Source of the DNA: a virus
Lineage: Duplodnaviria; Heunggongvirae; Uroviricota; Caudoviricetes
DNA: 18,887 bases
Virus record (IMG/VR): IMGVR_UViG_2778261087_000008
Strand: one strand, 5' to 3'
Part shown: piece after piece, positions 1 to 7,445 of the stretch
How positions within the stretch are numbered: position 1 is the first letter of the stretch
Layout of the letters: every line of letters starts with the position of its first letter
Position numbers and translations under genes: made by a program
Notes under the pieces: model-generated
What the model saw: only the letters and a program-made list of their open reading frames with translations
Database searches by the model: none
What the model was told of the DNA's origin: nothing

Positions 1-2391
1 TTACTTCACATCATCCGGCAGCGCATAAGCCACAATATAGTCGCCCATCTTCGTACCAAATGAACCGTGACCGCCTGCGGAGATCACCACATACTGCTTA
101 CCATTCACTTCATAGGTCATTGGCGTAGCCTGACCACCCGCTGGTAAACGACCCTGCCACAGTTTTTCACCGTTGCTCATGTTGTAAGCGCGCAGGTAGT
201 TATCTGCCGTAGCGGCGATAAACAGCACGTTACCCGCCGTGGAGATTGGCCCGCCCAGCATCGGCATACCCATATTGAACGGCACCGGTACAGGCATCGG
301 GAACGGCATACTGTCCTGCGGCGTACCAATACGTTTCTTCCACACCACTTCATTGGTTTTCAGATCCAGCGCCGAGATATAACCCCATGCTGGCTGTTTA
401 CATGGCAGACCAAACGGTGAGAGGAACGGGTTGAGCGTGACACCATACGGTACACCGTACTGTGGCTGAATGCCGGATTCCGTACCCGTGCCTTTGGCAT
501 CTTTCGGCTGCTCCATCGGGTTACCAGGACCACGCGGGATCAGTTTCGAAACAAACGGCAGTGCCATTGGGTTGGCAATCGCCACTTCACGATTTGGATC
601 AACGGAAATCCCGCCCCATTCGAACATCCCCAGGTTACCCGGGAAGACCAGCGTACCCTGTTCAGATGGCGGGGTGAAAATGCCTTCATAGCGCATCTGG
701 TGGAACATCACGCGGCACACCAGTTGGTCAAACATGGTGGCTCCCCACATATCCGCACCGCTCAAATCTTTCGTCGGACGGAAGCTCAGTTCCGAGAATG
801 GTTGAGTAGGGGTAACGTAATCGCCTTTGGCAGCACCTTGGGGAACCGGTTTTTCCGGTGCCGGAACCACCAGTTCGCCATTACGACGATCGAGCACAAA
901 AATGTTGCCGGTTTTCGCCGGAGCGTAAATAACTGGCACTTTCTGACCATTAACGGTGATGTCCGCCAGCGTCGGCTGTGCCGGAAGATCCATATCCCAC
1001 AGGTCGTGGTGAACGGTCTGGTAGCTCCACGCCAGTTTCCCGGTAGTGGCATTCAGCGCCAGAATCGAGCTGGCATAACGTTCCTGTTCCGGTGTGCGGT
1101 TACCGCCCCAGATATCCGGCGTGGTCACGCCCATCGGCAGATACACCAGATCCAGCTTCGCGTCATAGGCCGCTGGTGCCCACGAGTTTGGCGAGTTAAA
1201 GGTAAAGGTGTGTTCGTCAGACGGGATTGCGTTCGGATCTTTCGCGCCGGGATCAAAAGCCCACAGCAGCTCCCCGGTGTTGACATCAAAACCACGGATC
1301 ACGCCAGACGTTTCGCGGGTTGAGAAGTTATCGGTAACTGAACCGGCCATCACGATGGTTTTATCGGTGATAATCGGTGGCGAAGTCGGTTCATACAGAC
1401 CCGGTTTGGTGTCTGGCATATTGCTTTGCAGATTGAGCACGCCTTTATTGGCGAAGGTTTCGCACAGTTTGCCGTTTTCAGCGTTAATCGCAATCAGTCG
1501 ACCATCATTGACCGGAAGAATGATACGACGCGGGCAATCCGCCATCACTTCCGGCGAAGCCGTTTCTGCTTTGGCTTCATGATAAGAGACGCCACGGCAG
1601 GTTACGTGCTGGAAAGACTCGTTAGTTTTCAGCTCAGGATCGTAATGCCATTTCTCTTTGCCGCTGGCGGCATCGAGCGCAAACAGGCGCTGGTGAGCGG
1701 TACACAGGTAAAGGGTGTCGCCCACTTTAATCGGCGTCACTTCATTGGTGATTTCGCCCGGATCGTTCGGCTGCTTCACATCGCCAGTACGGAACACCCA
1801 GGCTTCTTTCAGATTATGGACGTTATCGGCGTTAATTTGTTTCAGAGGTGAAAAGCGTTGACCTTCCTGATTGCGACCATAGGCAGGCCAGTCCTGATCG
1901 GCAACGGGTGAGATAGCTTCCGCAGGTGTGGCATTGGCGCTTAAGGTGCCGTTGATTTCCTGCGGATCGTTAAATCCGGCCCAGGTCAGGATACCACCGC
2001 TAATCAGTAGTGCCACCACCAGTGCGGCAACTGCGCCGCTGGCAGGAATGACCAGGCGACGCCAGACAAACGGCAGGATCAGCCAGATGCCGAAGAAGAC
2101 CAGAATGTCGCTGCGCGGAGTCAGCGCCCAGAAGTCGAAACCAACTTCCCAGACGCCCCAAATCATGGTGCCGAGCAGCAGGGCTGCGTACAGCCAAAGC
2201 GCGGCACGTTTACTGCGCCACAGCATCCAGGCGACGCCGAGCATCACAAGACCAGCGATAGGGTAGTACCAGGAGCCGCCAATCGCGACCAGCCAGCCTC
2301 CGCCAATGAGTAGATACAGCCCGCAAAGCGCTGCAAAAAGGGCTGTTAGCGTGACGAGTAATCGTCGCGAGCCTGTATTGTTAATTGCCAT
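1..2391 (-). CDS. gcd: PQQ-dependent membrane-bound glucose dehydrogenase (quinoprotein)
   Basis: Minus-strand frame beginning MAINNTGSRRLLVTL with an N-terminal multi-helix membrane anchor followed by a long soluble region; 796 aa plus stop equals 2391 nt; stop codon is tta at 1-3 on the plus strand. The track ORF (1..2409) starts 6 codons upstream of the recognised start. Confidence 0.93.
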   Translation of the reverse strand: MAINNTGSRRLLVTLTALFAALCGLYLLIGGGWLVAIGGSWYYPIAGLVMLGVAWMLWRSKRAALWLYAALLLGTMIWGVWEVGFDFWALTPRSDILVFFGIWLILPFVWRRLVIPASGAVAALVVALLISGGILTWAGFNDPQEINGTLSANATPAEAISPVADQDWPAYGRNQEGQRFSPLKQINADNVHNLKEAWVFRTGDVKQPNDPGEITNEVTPIKVGDTLYLCTAHQRLFALDAASGKEKWHYDPELKTNESFQHVTCRGVSYHEAKAETASPEVMADCPRRIILPVNDGRLIAINAENGKLCETFANKGVLNLQSNMPDTKPGLYEPTSPPIITDKTIVMAGSVTDNFSTRETSGVIRGFDVNTGELLWAFDPGAKDPNAIPSDEHTFTFNSPNSWAPAAYDAKLDLVYLPMGVTTPDIWGGNRTPEQERYASSILALNATTGKLAWSYQTVHHDLWDMDLPAQPTLADITVNGQKVPVIYAPAKTGNIFVLDRRNGELVVPAPEKPVPQGAAKGDYVTPTQPFSELSFRPTKDLSGADMWGATMFDQLVCRVMFHQMRYEGIFTPPSEQGTLVFPGNLGMFEWGGISVDPNREVAIANPMALPFVSKLIPRGPGNPMEQPKDAKGTGTESGIQPQYGVPYGVTLNPFLSPFGLPCKQPAWGYISALDLKTNEVVWKKRIGTPQDSMPFPMPVPVPFNMGMPMLGGPISTAGNVLFIAATADNYLRAYNMSNGEKLWQGRLPAGGQATPMTYEVNGKQYVVISAGGHGSFGTKMGDYIVAYALPDDVK

Positions 2392-2510
2392 AAAGAGACA
2401 CCATTTCAATTCATTAATATTTTAGTAGCAATTAATTATAGGTTTTAACATGTGTGATCGTCATCACAATTCGAGCTTTATTAACAGATTCCGCGAATGA
2501 ATAGTTTTAC

Positions 2511-2519
2511 TGGTATACT
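2511..2519 (+). promoter_or_regulatory. Candidate extended -10 element (TGgTATACT) in the gcd-hpt intergenic segment, rightward; possibly the native hpt promoter now pointing into the island
   Basis: tggtatact at 2511-2519 fits TGnTATAAT at 5 of 6 hexamer positions plus the TG; no convincing -35. Hand-read only. Confidence 0.25.
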
Positions 2520-2596
2520 GCGTGTCTTGCGCTTTGTTGCGGTGCCAAAACCTGCCCGTGCGAAGTGATTTGTTTTTAAATCATATGGTTAGAGAT

Positions 2597-2615
2597 ATGA
2601 AACATACTGTAGAAG
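2597..2615 (+). repeat. attL core (hpt start-codon remnant)
   Basis: atgaaacatactgtagaag; matches the hpt start at 18351-18369 at 18 of 19 positions (c vs t at position 11). Lies 205 bp after the gcd start codon, which is where I recall the hpt ATG sitting in K-12. Continues as a 15-codon remnant ORF MKHTVEAKNFVFSCF ending at 2644. Confidence 0.7.
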
Positions 2616-2741
2616 CAAAAAACTTCGTGTTTTCATGCTTTTAGATGATTTCGTGAAATCTCCATTTTGATTTTTATTATCAGTAAGATACGATTGTTTT
2701 TGTTCGTATGTTTATGCGTTTTTTTCGACTGTAGCAACGAA

Positions 2742-2765
2742 CGGTGTATCACTCGGTGTATCACT
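2742..2765 (+). repeat. Tandem 12-bp repeat cggtgtatcact x2, candidate integrase arm-type binding sites (left arm)
   Basis: Two perfect tandem copies 22 bp upstream of the int start codon; the same motif recurs at 18263-18286 near the right end. Confidence 0.5.
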
Positions 2766-2787
2766 CGCAACTGATTCTGAACTGTTT

Positions 2788-4011
2788 ATGGCTGGCACAA
2801 ACAAACTGAGCGACAAAAAGCTAAAAGCATTGCTGGGTTCTGAGCGTGAAGCGCCGATCATGATTGCCGATGGTGAGGGGCTAAGCGTTAAGGTCTCGAA
2901 GCAAGGTAACGTTAGCTGGGTATTTTCATACCGGTTGGGAGGAAGGGGTAGCAAACTCGAACGTTTAACGCTTGGCCGTTACCCTGATATGCCGCTAAAA
3001 CTTGCGCGAGAAAAGCGGGAACAGTGTCGCCAGTGGCTGGCTGGTGGGCTTGATCCGAAAACTGAGATTGAGCTGAGCACAGAAGAAACGCTTAAGCCTG
3101 TAACGGTTAAAGACGCCCTGGAATATTGGTTGGTGAATTACGCCAGGAGAAAGCGCAGTGATGAGGCGTTGGTGAGGGCGCAGCTACGCAAGCATATTTA
3201 CCCGCGCCTTGGTCGTTATCCGATCACCAGATGTGAAACCCGCCATTGGGTGGCCTGTTTTGACGAAATAAACCAGACTAAACCCATGACCGCCGGCCGC
3301 ATGTTCCAGATTTCTAAACAGGCGTTACGTTTCTGCAAGGTTCGCCGTTATGCTGCCAGTGATGCTCTGGCCTTTCTCACCATTCAGGATGTAGGCCAGC
3401 CATCTGGTCAACGTGATCGCGTATTGTCAGATAGCGAGCTGGCTGATGTGTGGCGCTGTACAGATAGCGATGATCAGCAGCCGTATTATTCACGTCTGCT
3501 CAAAATGCTGGTGCTTTTTGGTGCGCGAACGATGGAAGTTCGCCTTTCTCGATGGTCAGAGTGGGATTTTACATCGTGGATTTGGACTGTACCGAAAGAG
3601 CATAGCAAAACCCGAGAGAAAATCGTGAGGTCGATACCTGAAGCTATACGCCCGTGGCTGGAAGAGTTAAAGCGCGAGACAGGGAAAACAGGTTTGTTAC
3701 TGGGCGAAGATCGTACCCGTCAGGCTGTATCATTGAAAGGGCGCAGGCTTTTTAAAGATTTTCACCATAACGAGCCGTGGACACTTCACGATCTGCGTCG
3801 GACGTTTTCTACGGGGCTAAACAATATGGGTATAGCACCGCATATAGTCGAGCTGCTGTTGGGCCATGCCTTGCCGGGAGTTATGGCGATTTATAACCGT
3901 AGTCTTTACTTACCGGAGAAGCTGGACGCGCTGAACAAGTGGTATGACCGCTTAGAACTTCTCGCGGGTAATCACTCTAATATCGTTATTTTAAAGGCTG
4001 GTGAAAAATGA
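2788..4011 (+). CDS. int: Tyrosine site-specific integrase (P4-like phage integrase family)
   Basis: 407-aa ORF next to the left attachment site; C-terminal catalytic region contains HDLRRTF and LLGHALPGVMAIYNRS, consistent with the R..H-x-x-R..Y signature of tyrosine recombinases. Confidence 0.9.
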   Translation: MAGTNKLSDKKLKALLGSEREAPIMIADGEGLSVKVSKQGNVSWVFSYRLGGRGSKLERLTLGRYPDMPLKLAREKREQCRQWLAGGLDPKTEIELSTEETLKPVTVKDALEYWLVNYARRKRSDEALVRAQLRKHIYPRLGRYPITRCETRHWVACFDEINQTKPMTAGRMFQISKQALRFCKVRRYAASDALAFLTIQDVGQPSGQRDRVLSDSELADVWRCTDSDDQQPYYSRLLKMLVLFGARTMEVRLSRWSEWDFTSWIWTVPKEHSKTREKIVRSIPEAIRPWLEELKRETGKTGLLLGEDRTRQAVSLKGRRLFKDFHHNEPWTLHDLRRTFSTGLNNMGIAPHIVELLLGHALPGVMAIYNRSLYLPEKLDALNKWYDRLELLAGNHSNIVILKAGEK

Positions 4012-4811
4012 GAATTAGCCACAAAAAAGATTTGCCAACATGGTTTGATTTAGATAACTACACTCAATTTATTGGCATGTCAGATAAAGACTTATTTTAT
4101 CAGTTGGTTGTTAGATATGACATGCTTGAAAACTTCTATCGATATGGCGGGTCTTTTTATAATGAACCTCTTACAAATAACGATGAAGTAGGAAGGATAC
4201 TTGGAAATGGCGCGGTCGCTAATGCGATTGATAGAGCTACGTACTTCTATGATGCGTTTAAACTTCCTATTAAAAGAGAAGGTGTTTTGTCTGGTGGGGT
4301 TGCGTTACGACCAATGTCCATTGAAGACTTTATTTATATGAAAGATGCTGTAGATAATTATATGGAAAATAATTTTACGGGAACGGCTGAAAATTTAGTT
4401 TACCATTCATTTACAAGTGTTAGCTCATTTTTGGAACCAAATGACCTTTTTATTAAAGTTGATTTGTCACGCCCGGATGATTTATTGATTGATGTGTTTA
4501 AAAAAAACCTCAAGAATTGGCGTGAGGAATTAAAAATAAAAGAAAAGGAAAAAACATACCAGTCATGGGAAACAATTAAAAAAAAGGTATACGATTATTC
4601 ACTTTTCCCCGTAGTTGATTTGATGATCTGGGCTAAATCTCGCGGGGCATGCGTCACCAATGGCGTGCTTGCTGTGGCTGTGTTTCCGAACGGAGAGTAT
4701 GACTCAACGCAGATAGCGCAAACCGTAAAGCCAAATATAGAAAAAATCTTCTCAATTTCTTCTATAGAAAAAATCAGGTCAGAACTTCAGGATAGAAAAA
4801 TTCTTCCTTAA
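4008..4811 (+). CDS. Hypothetical protein, AT-rich cargo gene of unknown function
   Basis: 267-aa ORF whose ATG overlaps the int stop (ATGA at 4008-4011); sampled 60-bp lines give roughly 30% GC versus roughly 55-58% in the packaging module (approximate hand counts); no motif I can recognise. Confidence 0.75.
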   Translation: MRISHKKDLPTWFDLDNYTQFIGMSDKDLFYQLVVRYDMLENFYRYGGSFYNEPLTNNDEVGRILGNGAVANAIDRATYFYDAFKLPIKREGVLSGGVALRPMSIEDFIYMKDAVDNYMENNFTGTAENLVYHSFTSVSSFLEPNDLFIKVDLSRPDDLLIDVFKKNLKNWREELKIKEKEKTYQSWETIKKKVYDYSLFPVVDLMIWAKSRGACVTNGVLAVAVFPNGEYDSTQIAQTVKPNIEKIFSISSIEKIRSELQDRKILP

Positions 4812-4845
4812 TCTTGGTGGTCAAAACAATTTAATTTTCGTCTAG

Positions 4846-4862
4846 TGTGACATCCAATCACA
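4846..4862. promoter_or_regulatory. Inverted repeat TGTGA-N7-TCACA upstream of the alpA-like gene (candidate operator)
   Basis: tgtgacatccaatcaca; perfect 5-bp arms; resembles the CRP half-site pair but with a 7-bp rather than 6-bp spacer. Confidence 0.3.
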
Positions 4863-4906
4863 AGGATAACAATAGCCCCCACAAACTTAGAAACAGTGGA
4901 GGCAAC

Positions 4907-5191
4907 ATGCAAATTATCACCTTTACCCCGCCAAATCCTGAACAACGCCGCACCATTCTGGAGGAGTACGGCTTCAAGTTCGATCGCCGAATCCGCGAAG
5001 ATGAATGCAGCGAGATCACCAGTCTTTCTCGTTCGAGCCGCTGGAAGATGGAACAGCAGGGGCGCTTCCCGCCGCGCTGTCACTTTGGCCGCAACAGCTG
5101 TGCCTGGCTTCTTTCGGATGTGCTCTGGTGGGTTCGTAATCCGCCTGCCGTGGAAAACGTCAATAACCCGTACAGCCGCAAATCTGCTTAA
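4907..5191 (+). CDS. alpA: AlpA-family transcriptional regulator / excisionase-like DNA-binding protein
   Basis: 94 aa from the ATG at 4907, preceded by GGAGG at spacing 6; region ITSLSRSSRWKMEQQGRFPPRCHFGRNSCAWLLSDVLWWV matches the AlpA helix-turn-helix pattern (S.S..W......G.FP.......R...W...DV..W). The track ORF starts 20 codons earlier at 4847. Confidence 0.75.
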   Translation: MQIITFTPPNPEQRRTILEEYGFKFDRRIREDECSEITSLSRSSRWKMEQQGRFPPRCHFGRNSCAWLLSDVLWWVRNPPAVENVNNPYSRKSA

Positions 5192-5211
5192 TTAACCACA
5201 GGTAATCAGAG

Positions 5212-5895
5212 ATGAAAAATATTAATGCCCTTAACGGGCAGGGATTCGCTCACCCTGTTGCCAGTAAAAGCGATATTAGCGTGCAGCTTAAACAGCTTCC
5301 TGCCGTCGAATTTCACGGGCAACGCGTGGTGACGTTCGCAATGATTGATACCGCGCACCAGCGACCTAAAGACACGGCTAAAAAGACTTTTCAGCGTAAT
5401 CGTACTCGCTTCATTGATGGTGAGGACTTTTTTATTGTCGGCGCGTCAGAGGTCGAATGGGGAGGGGCTGGATATTTAGACAGGGGCATTAAACGCCCTG
5501 GCAAAAAAATGAACAGTCCGATACGTGGCCGCGTAACACTGATTACGGAATCAGGCTATCTGCTGCTGACCAAACCGTTTAACGATGATTTGGCCTGGCA
5601 GGTACAGCGCCAGCTCGTGAAAGCTTATTTCCGTTGCCCGGAGTTTGTCACTTTCCATCATGTGGATCTGCCGTCGCTCGAAGAACTGATCGCCATGCCG
5701 GTTACTGATGCGCAAAACGCCGTGACTCGTGCGGACAAGCATTCTAAGCAGTTTCATGGCTCACAGGGCAGTAATGGAATGAATCTCCGCAAGAAGGAAC
5801 TCAAAGTTCTGCGTCCGGCGGTACGGCTGGTAGATGCGATGGGGCAGATTGATTTCGATAAATATGAGTGGGAGGCGGCACATGATCGCGCATAA
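5212..5895 (+). CDS. ORF6N-domain phage regulatory protein (putative antirepressor-like)
   Basis: 227-aa ORF; N-terminal segment QRVVTFAMIDTAHQRPKDTAKKTFQRNRTRFIDGEDFFIV resembles the ORF6N/KilA-N-type consensus (..KRN.ERFPEDFMF..). Confidence 0.65.
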   Translation: MKNINALNGQGFAHPVASKSDISVQLKQLPAVEFHGQRVVTFAMIDTAHQRPKDTAKKTFQRNRTRFIDGEDFFIVGASEVEWGGAGYLDRGIKRPGKKMNSPIRGRVTLITESGYLLLTKPFNDDLAWQVQRQLVKAYFRCPEFVTFHHVDLPSLEELIAMPVTDAQNAVTRADKHSKQFHGSQGSNGMNLRKKELKVLRPAVRLVDAMGQIDFDKYEWEAAHDRA

Positions 5896-5921
5896 AACAA
5901 AGGCGACCGGGGGCGGTCGCC
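5890..5921 (-). terminator. Rho-independent terminator for the leftward regulator operon
   Basis: Hairpin ggcgaccg-gggg-cggtcgcc (5902-5921); on the minus strand it is followed by tttgtttta. Confidence 0.5.
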
Positions 5922-5988
5922 AATGGATACACACTAAACTTGAACGCATCACCAACAATGCCACATTTGCGGCTGGTGGGCAATGTGA

Positions 5989-6162
5989 TCAGTCAGATTT
6001 GGTTCGTCCCAAGGTTTGCAACGAGAGCTTTTTCCTGTGCTCTTTAAGGAATTTCTCAAGAGCAAACGAACAAGGTGCGAATCTTTCTGATTCATGCTCT
6101 ATCTTTCTGCGCCGTCTTTTCCGTGCCGGTGATAATGTTTTGGTCAATTCTTTATCGGTCAT
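5989..6162 (-). CDS. Small basic hypothetical protein, second gene of the leftward operon
   Basis: 57 aa from the internal ATG at 6162 (AGGA 7 nt upstream); arginine/lysine-rich (ARKRRRRK); sits between the RHH gene and the terminator. Confidence 0.4.
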   Translation of the reverse strand: MTDKELTKTLSPARKRRRRKIEHESERFAPCSFALEKFLKEHRKKLSLQTLGRTKSD

Positions 6163-6219
6163 TGTGTTGTCCTGCATAGCAATGCGCCGTAGTTACTCAC
6201 ACCACGGCGCTGATAGTGA

Positions 6220-6417
6220 TTATTCTGATTCTTTGGCCTTCCGGCGCTGTTCATATTTTAATTTGCGTCCACAGGCATCTAAGACCCATGCGGAAAAATT
6301 AGCACTAGGATTAGTTAATTTTTCTTGTTCAACGCTGGCATCAATCCCATCTATAAGCTCATGTGGGAATCGAATATTTTTCTTTGCTGATTTGTTGTTT
6401 GTGTTACCGCTAGACAT
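6220..6417 (-). CDS. Ribbon-helix-helix (Arc/Mnt-like) transcriptional repressor
   Basis: 65-aa ORF; segment IRFPHELIDGIDASVEQEKLTNPSANFSAWVLDACGRKL fits the Arc-type RHH pattern; GAGG ribosome-binding site upstream; transcribed divergently from the replication genes across an operator-rich intergenic region. Confidence 0.6.
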   Translation of the reverse strand: MSSGNTNNKSAKKNIRFPHELIDGIDASVEQEKLTNPSANFSAWVLDACGRKLKYEQRRKAKESE

Positions 6418-6445
6418 TGATGCACCTCACTTAAATGGACTTTAT

Positions 6446-6527
6446 GGGCGCACACAATACAGCAAAAAAAATGAGATGTTAAGTATTGACATGTGCGCAC
6501 ACATGATTTTAATCTGTGCGCACAGTT
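6446..6527. promoter_or_regulatory. Divergent promoter/operator region with palindromic TGTGCGCACA sites
   Basis: Perfect 10-bp palindrome tgtgcgcaca at 6492-6501 and 6515-6524, plus a half-site gcgcacaca at 6448-6456; TTGACA hexamer at 6486-6491 directly abuts the first palindrome. Confidence 0.5.
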
Positions 6528-6622
6528 TGAGTTTTGTCACTCAAATTAAGCAACGCCCCGCAGTGCTCGCAACACATGCAGGGCGTCTAACCACCAACGA
6601 TAGCAAGAGTATCGAGGTAGCT

Positions 6623-6826
6623 ATGAGAAATCATACCACACACCCGCAAGGGCGGGACTCGCACAACCTGAATAAATACATCTGGCGTTTTATCGCCCTG
6701 AGCACGGCACAACCGCGCGTGATTACCATTGAGGCCACCAGCGAACAGGAAGCACGCCAGCAATCCCCGGCTGGCTGCGTGATGGTATTCGCCGCCCGTA
6801 TTCGTCAGGGGGTGTGCCATGCCTGA
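6623..6826 (+). CDS. Small hypothetical protein (67 aa), first gene of the rightward operon
   Basis: ATG at 6623 preceded by GAGG; stop overlaps the start region of the next ORF (6819), suggesting translational coupling. It is the 3' portion of the long track ORF 5834..6826, whose upstream part is judged spurious. Confidence 0.4.
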   Translation: MRNHTTHPQGRDSHNLNKYIWRFIALSTAQPRVITIEATSEQEARQQSPAGCVMVFAARIRQGVCHA

Positions 6827-7139
6827 CATGACCAATTACCAGTACCTGATTAATCCGCATTTTAACTGTGAGCATGATATTGCTAAAAAGGTTTATTCCG
6901 CTGCGAATGGGGCTACTGACAATATATCAATGGCTGTTGCGTCAATTGGTAGCCTGATGTGGTATGCGTCAGAAAATGAGGAATATGACGAAAAGGCTAT
7001 GCGCATTGACATGGGGAATATTGGCTTGTTACTGGCAATGCTTGGGCAGTTTGATATTTCGTTACGGTGCACCATTGAAAATGCCACAGATGCATTAAAT
7101 GCCATAAAGAAAGCGAATACTGATTCAAATCGGGGATAA
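6819..7139 (+). CDS. Hypothetical protein (106 aa)
   Basis: ORF with a GGGGG ribosome-binding site 6 nt upstream; AT-rich; no recognisable motif. Confidence 0.55.
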   Translation: MPDMTNYQYLINPHFNCEHDIAKKVYSAANGATDNISMAVASIGSLMWYASENEEYDEKAMRIDMGNIGLLLAMLGQFDISLRCTIENATDALNAIKKANTDSNRG

Positions 7140-7145
7140 ATAATC

Positions 7146-7445
7146 ATGAGAACATATTTATCTGGCTTGACTGCCAGCGGTTATGCACACCCAAAAATTA
7201 TCCCCGGCGCTATTTATCTGGATAAGAACGGTAACAGAGTAACGGTAAAAGAGCTGATGTTTGACCGTGTTTATTTTATTCGTGATGGCTATTCATTTCA
7301 TAGTTCGCTGAACGTGGAGATCTTTATTAGCAGATTCAGGCGGGAAATCCCGCTTTCCAGAAATAACCATGTGTCACGTGTGGATGTAGATAAAAAACTA
7401 CAGGAACTGAAAAACATGATTGCCGCGTGGAGAGAGCAGAAATGA
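7146..7445 (+). CDS. Hypothetical protein (99 aa)
   Basis: ORF with a GGGGA ribosome-binding site; its stop overlaps the primase start (ATGA at 7442-7445). Confidence 0.55.
   Translation: MRTYLSGLTASGYAHPKIIPGAIYLDKNGNRVTVKELMFDRVYFIRDGYSFHSSLNVEIFISRFRREIPLSRNNHVSRVDVDKKLQELKNMIAAWREQK

Noticed and set aside
462-2266. Several plus-strand ORFs of 71-207 aa (for example 700..1323 and 1426..1851) inside the gcd region
   Set aside because: They lie antisense to, or out of frame within, the long gcd reading frame, and their proteins are low-complexity and Arg/His-rich; typical shadow ORFs.
2392-2787. tRNA or tmRNA gene at the integration site
   Set aside because: No cloverleaf-capable segment or conserved T-loop and anticodon-arm features were seen by eye at either junction; the junction repeat contains the hpt start codon instead.
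5834-6826. 330-aa plus-strand ORF spanning the regulatory region
   Set aside because: It overlaps the minus-strand RHH gene, its partner and the operator region, and has no start context at 5834; only its last 67 codons (from 6623, with a ribosome-binding site) are retained as a possible small gene.
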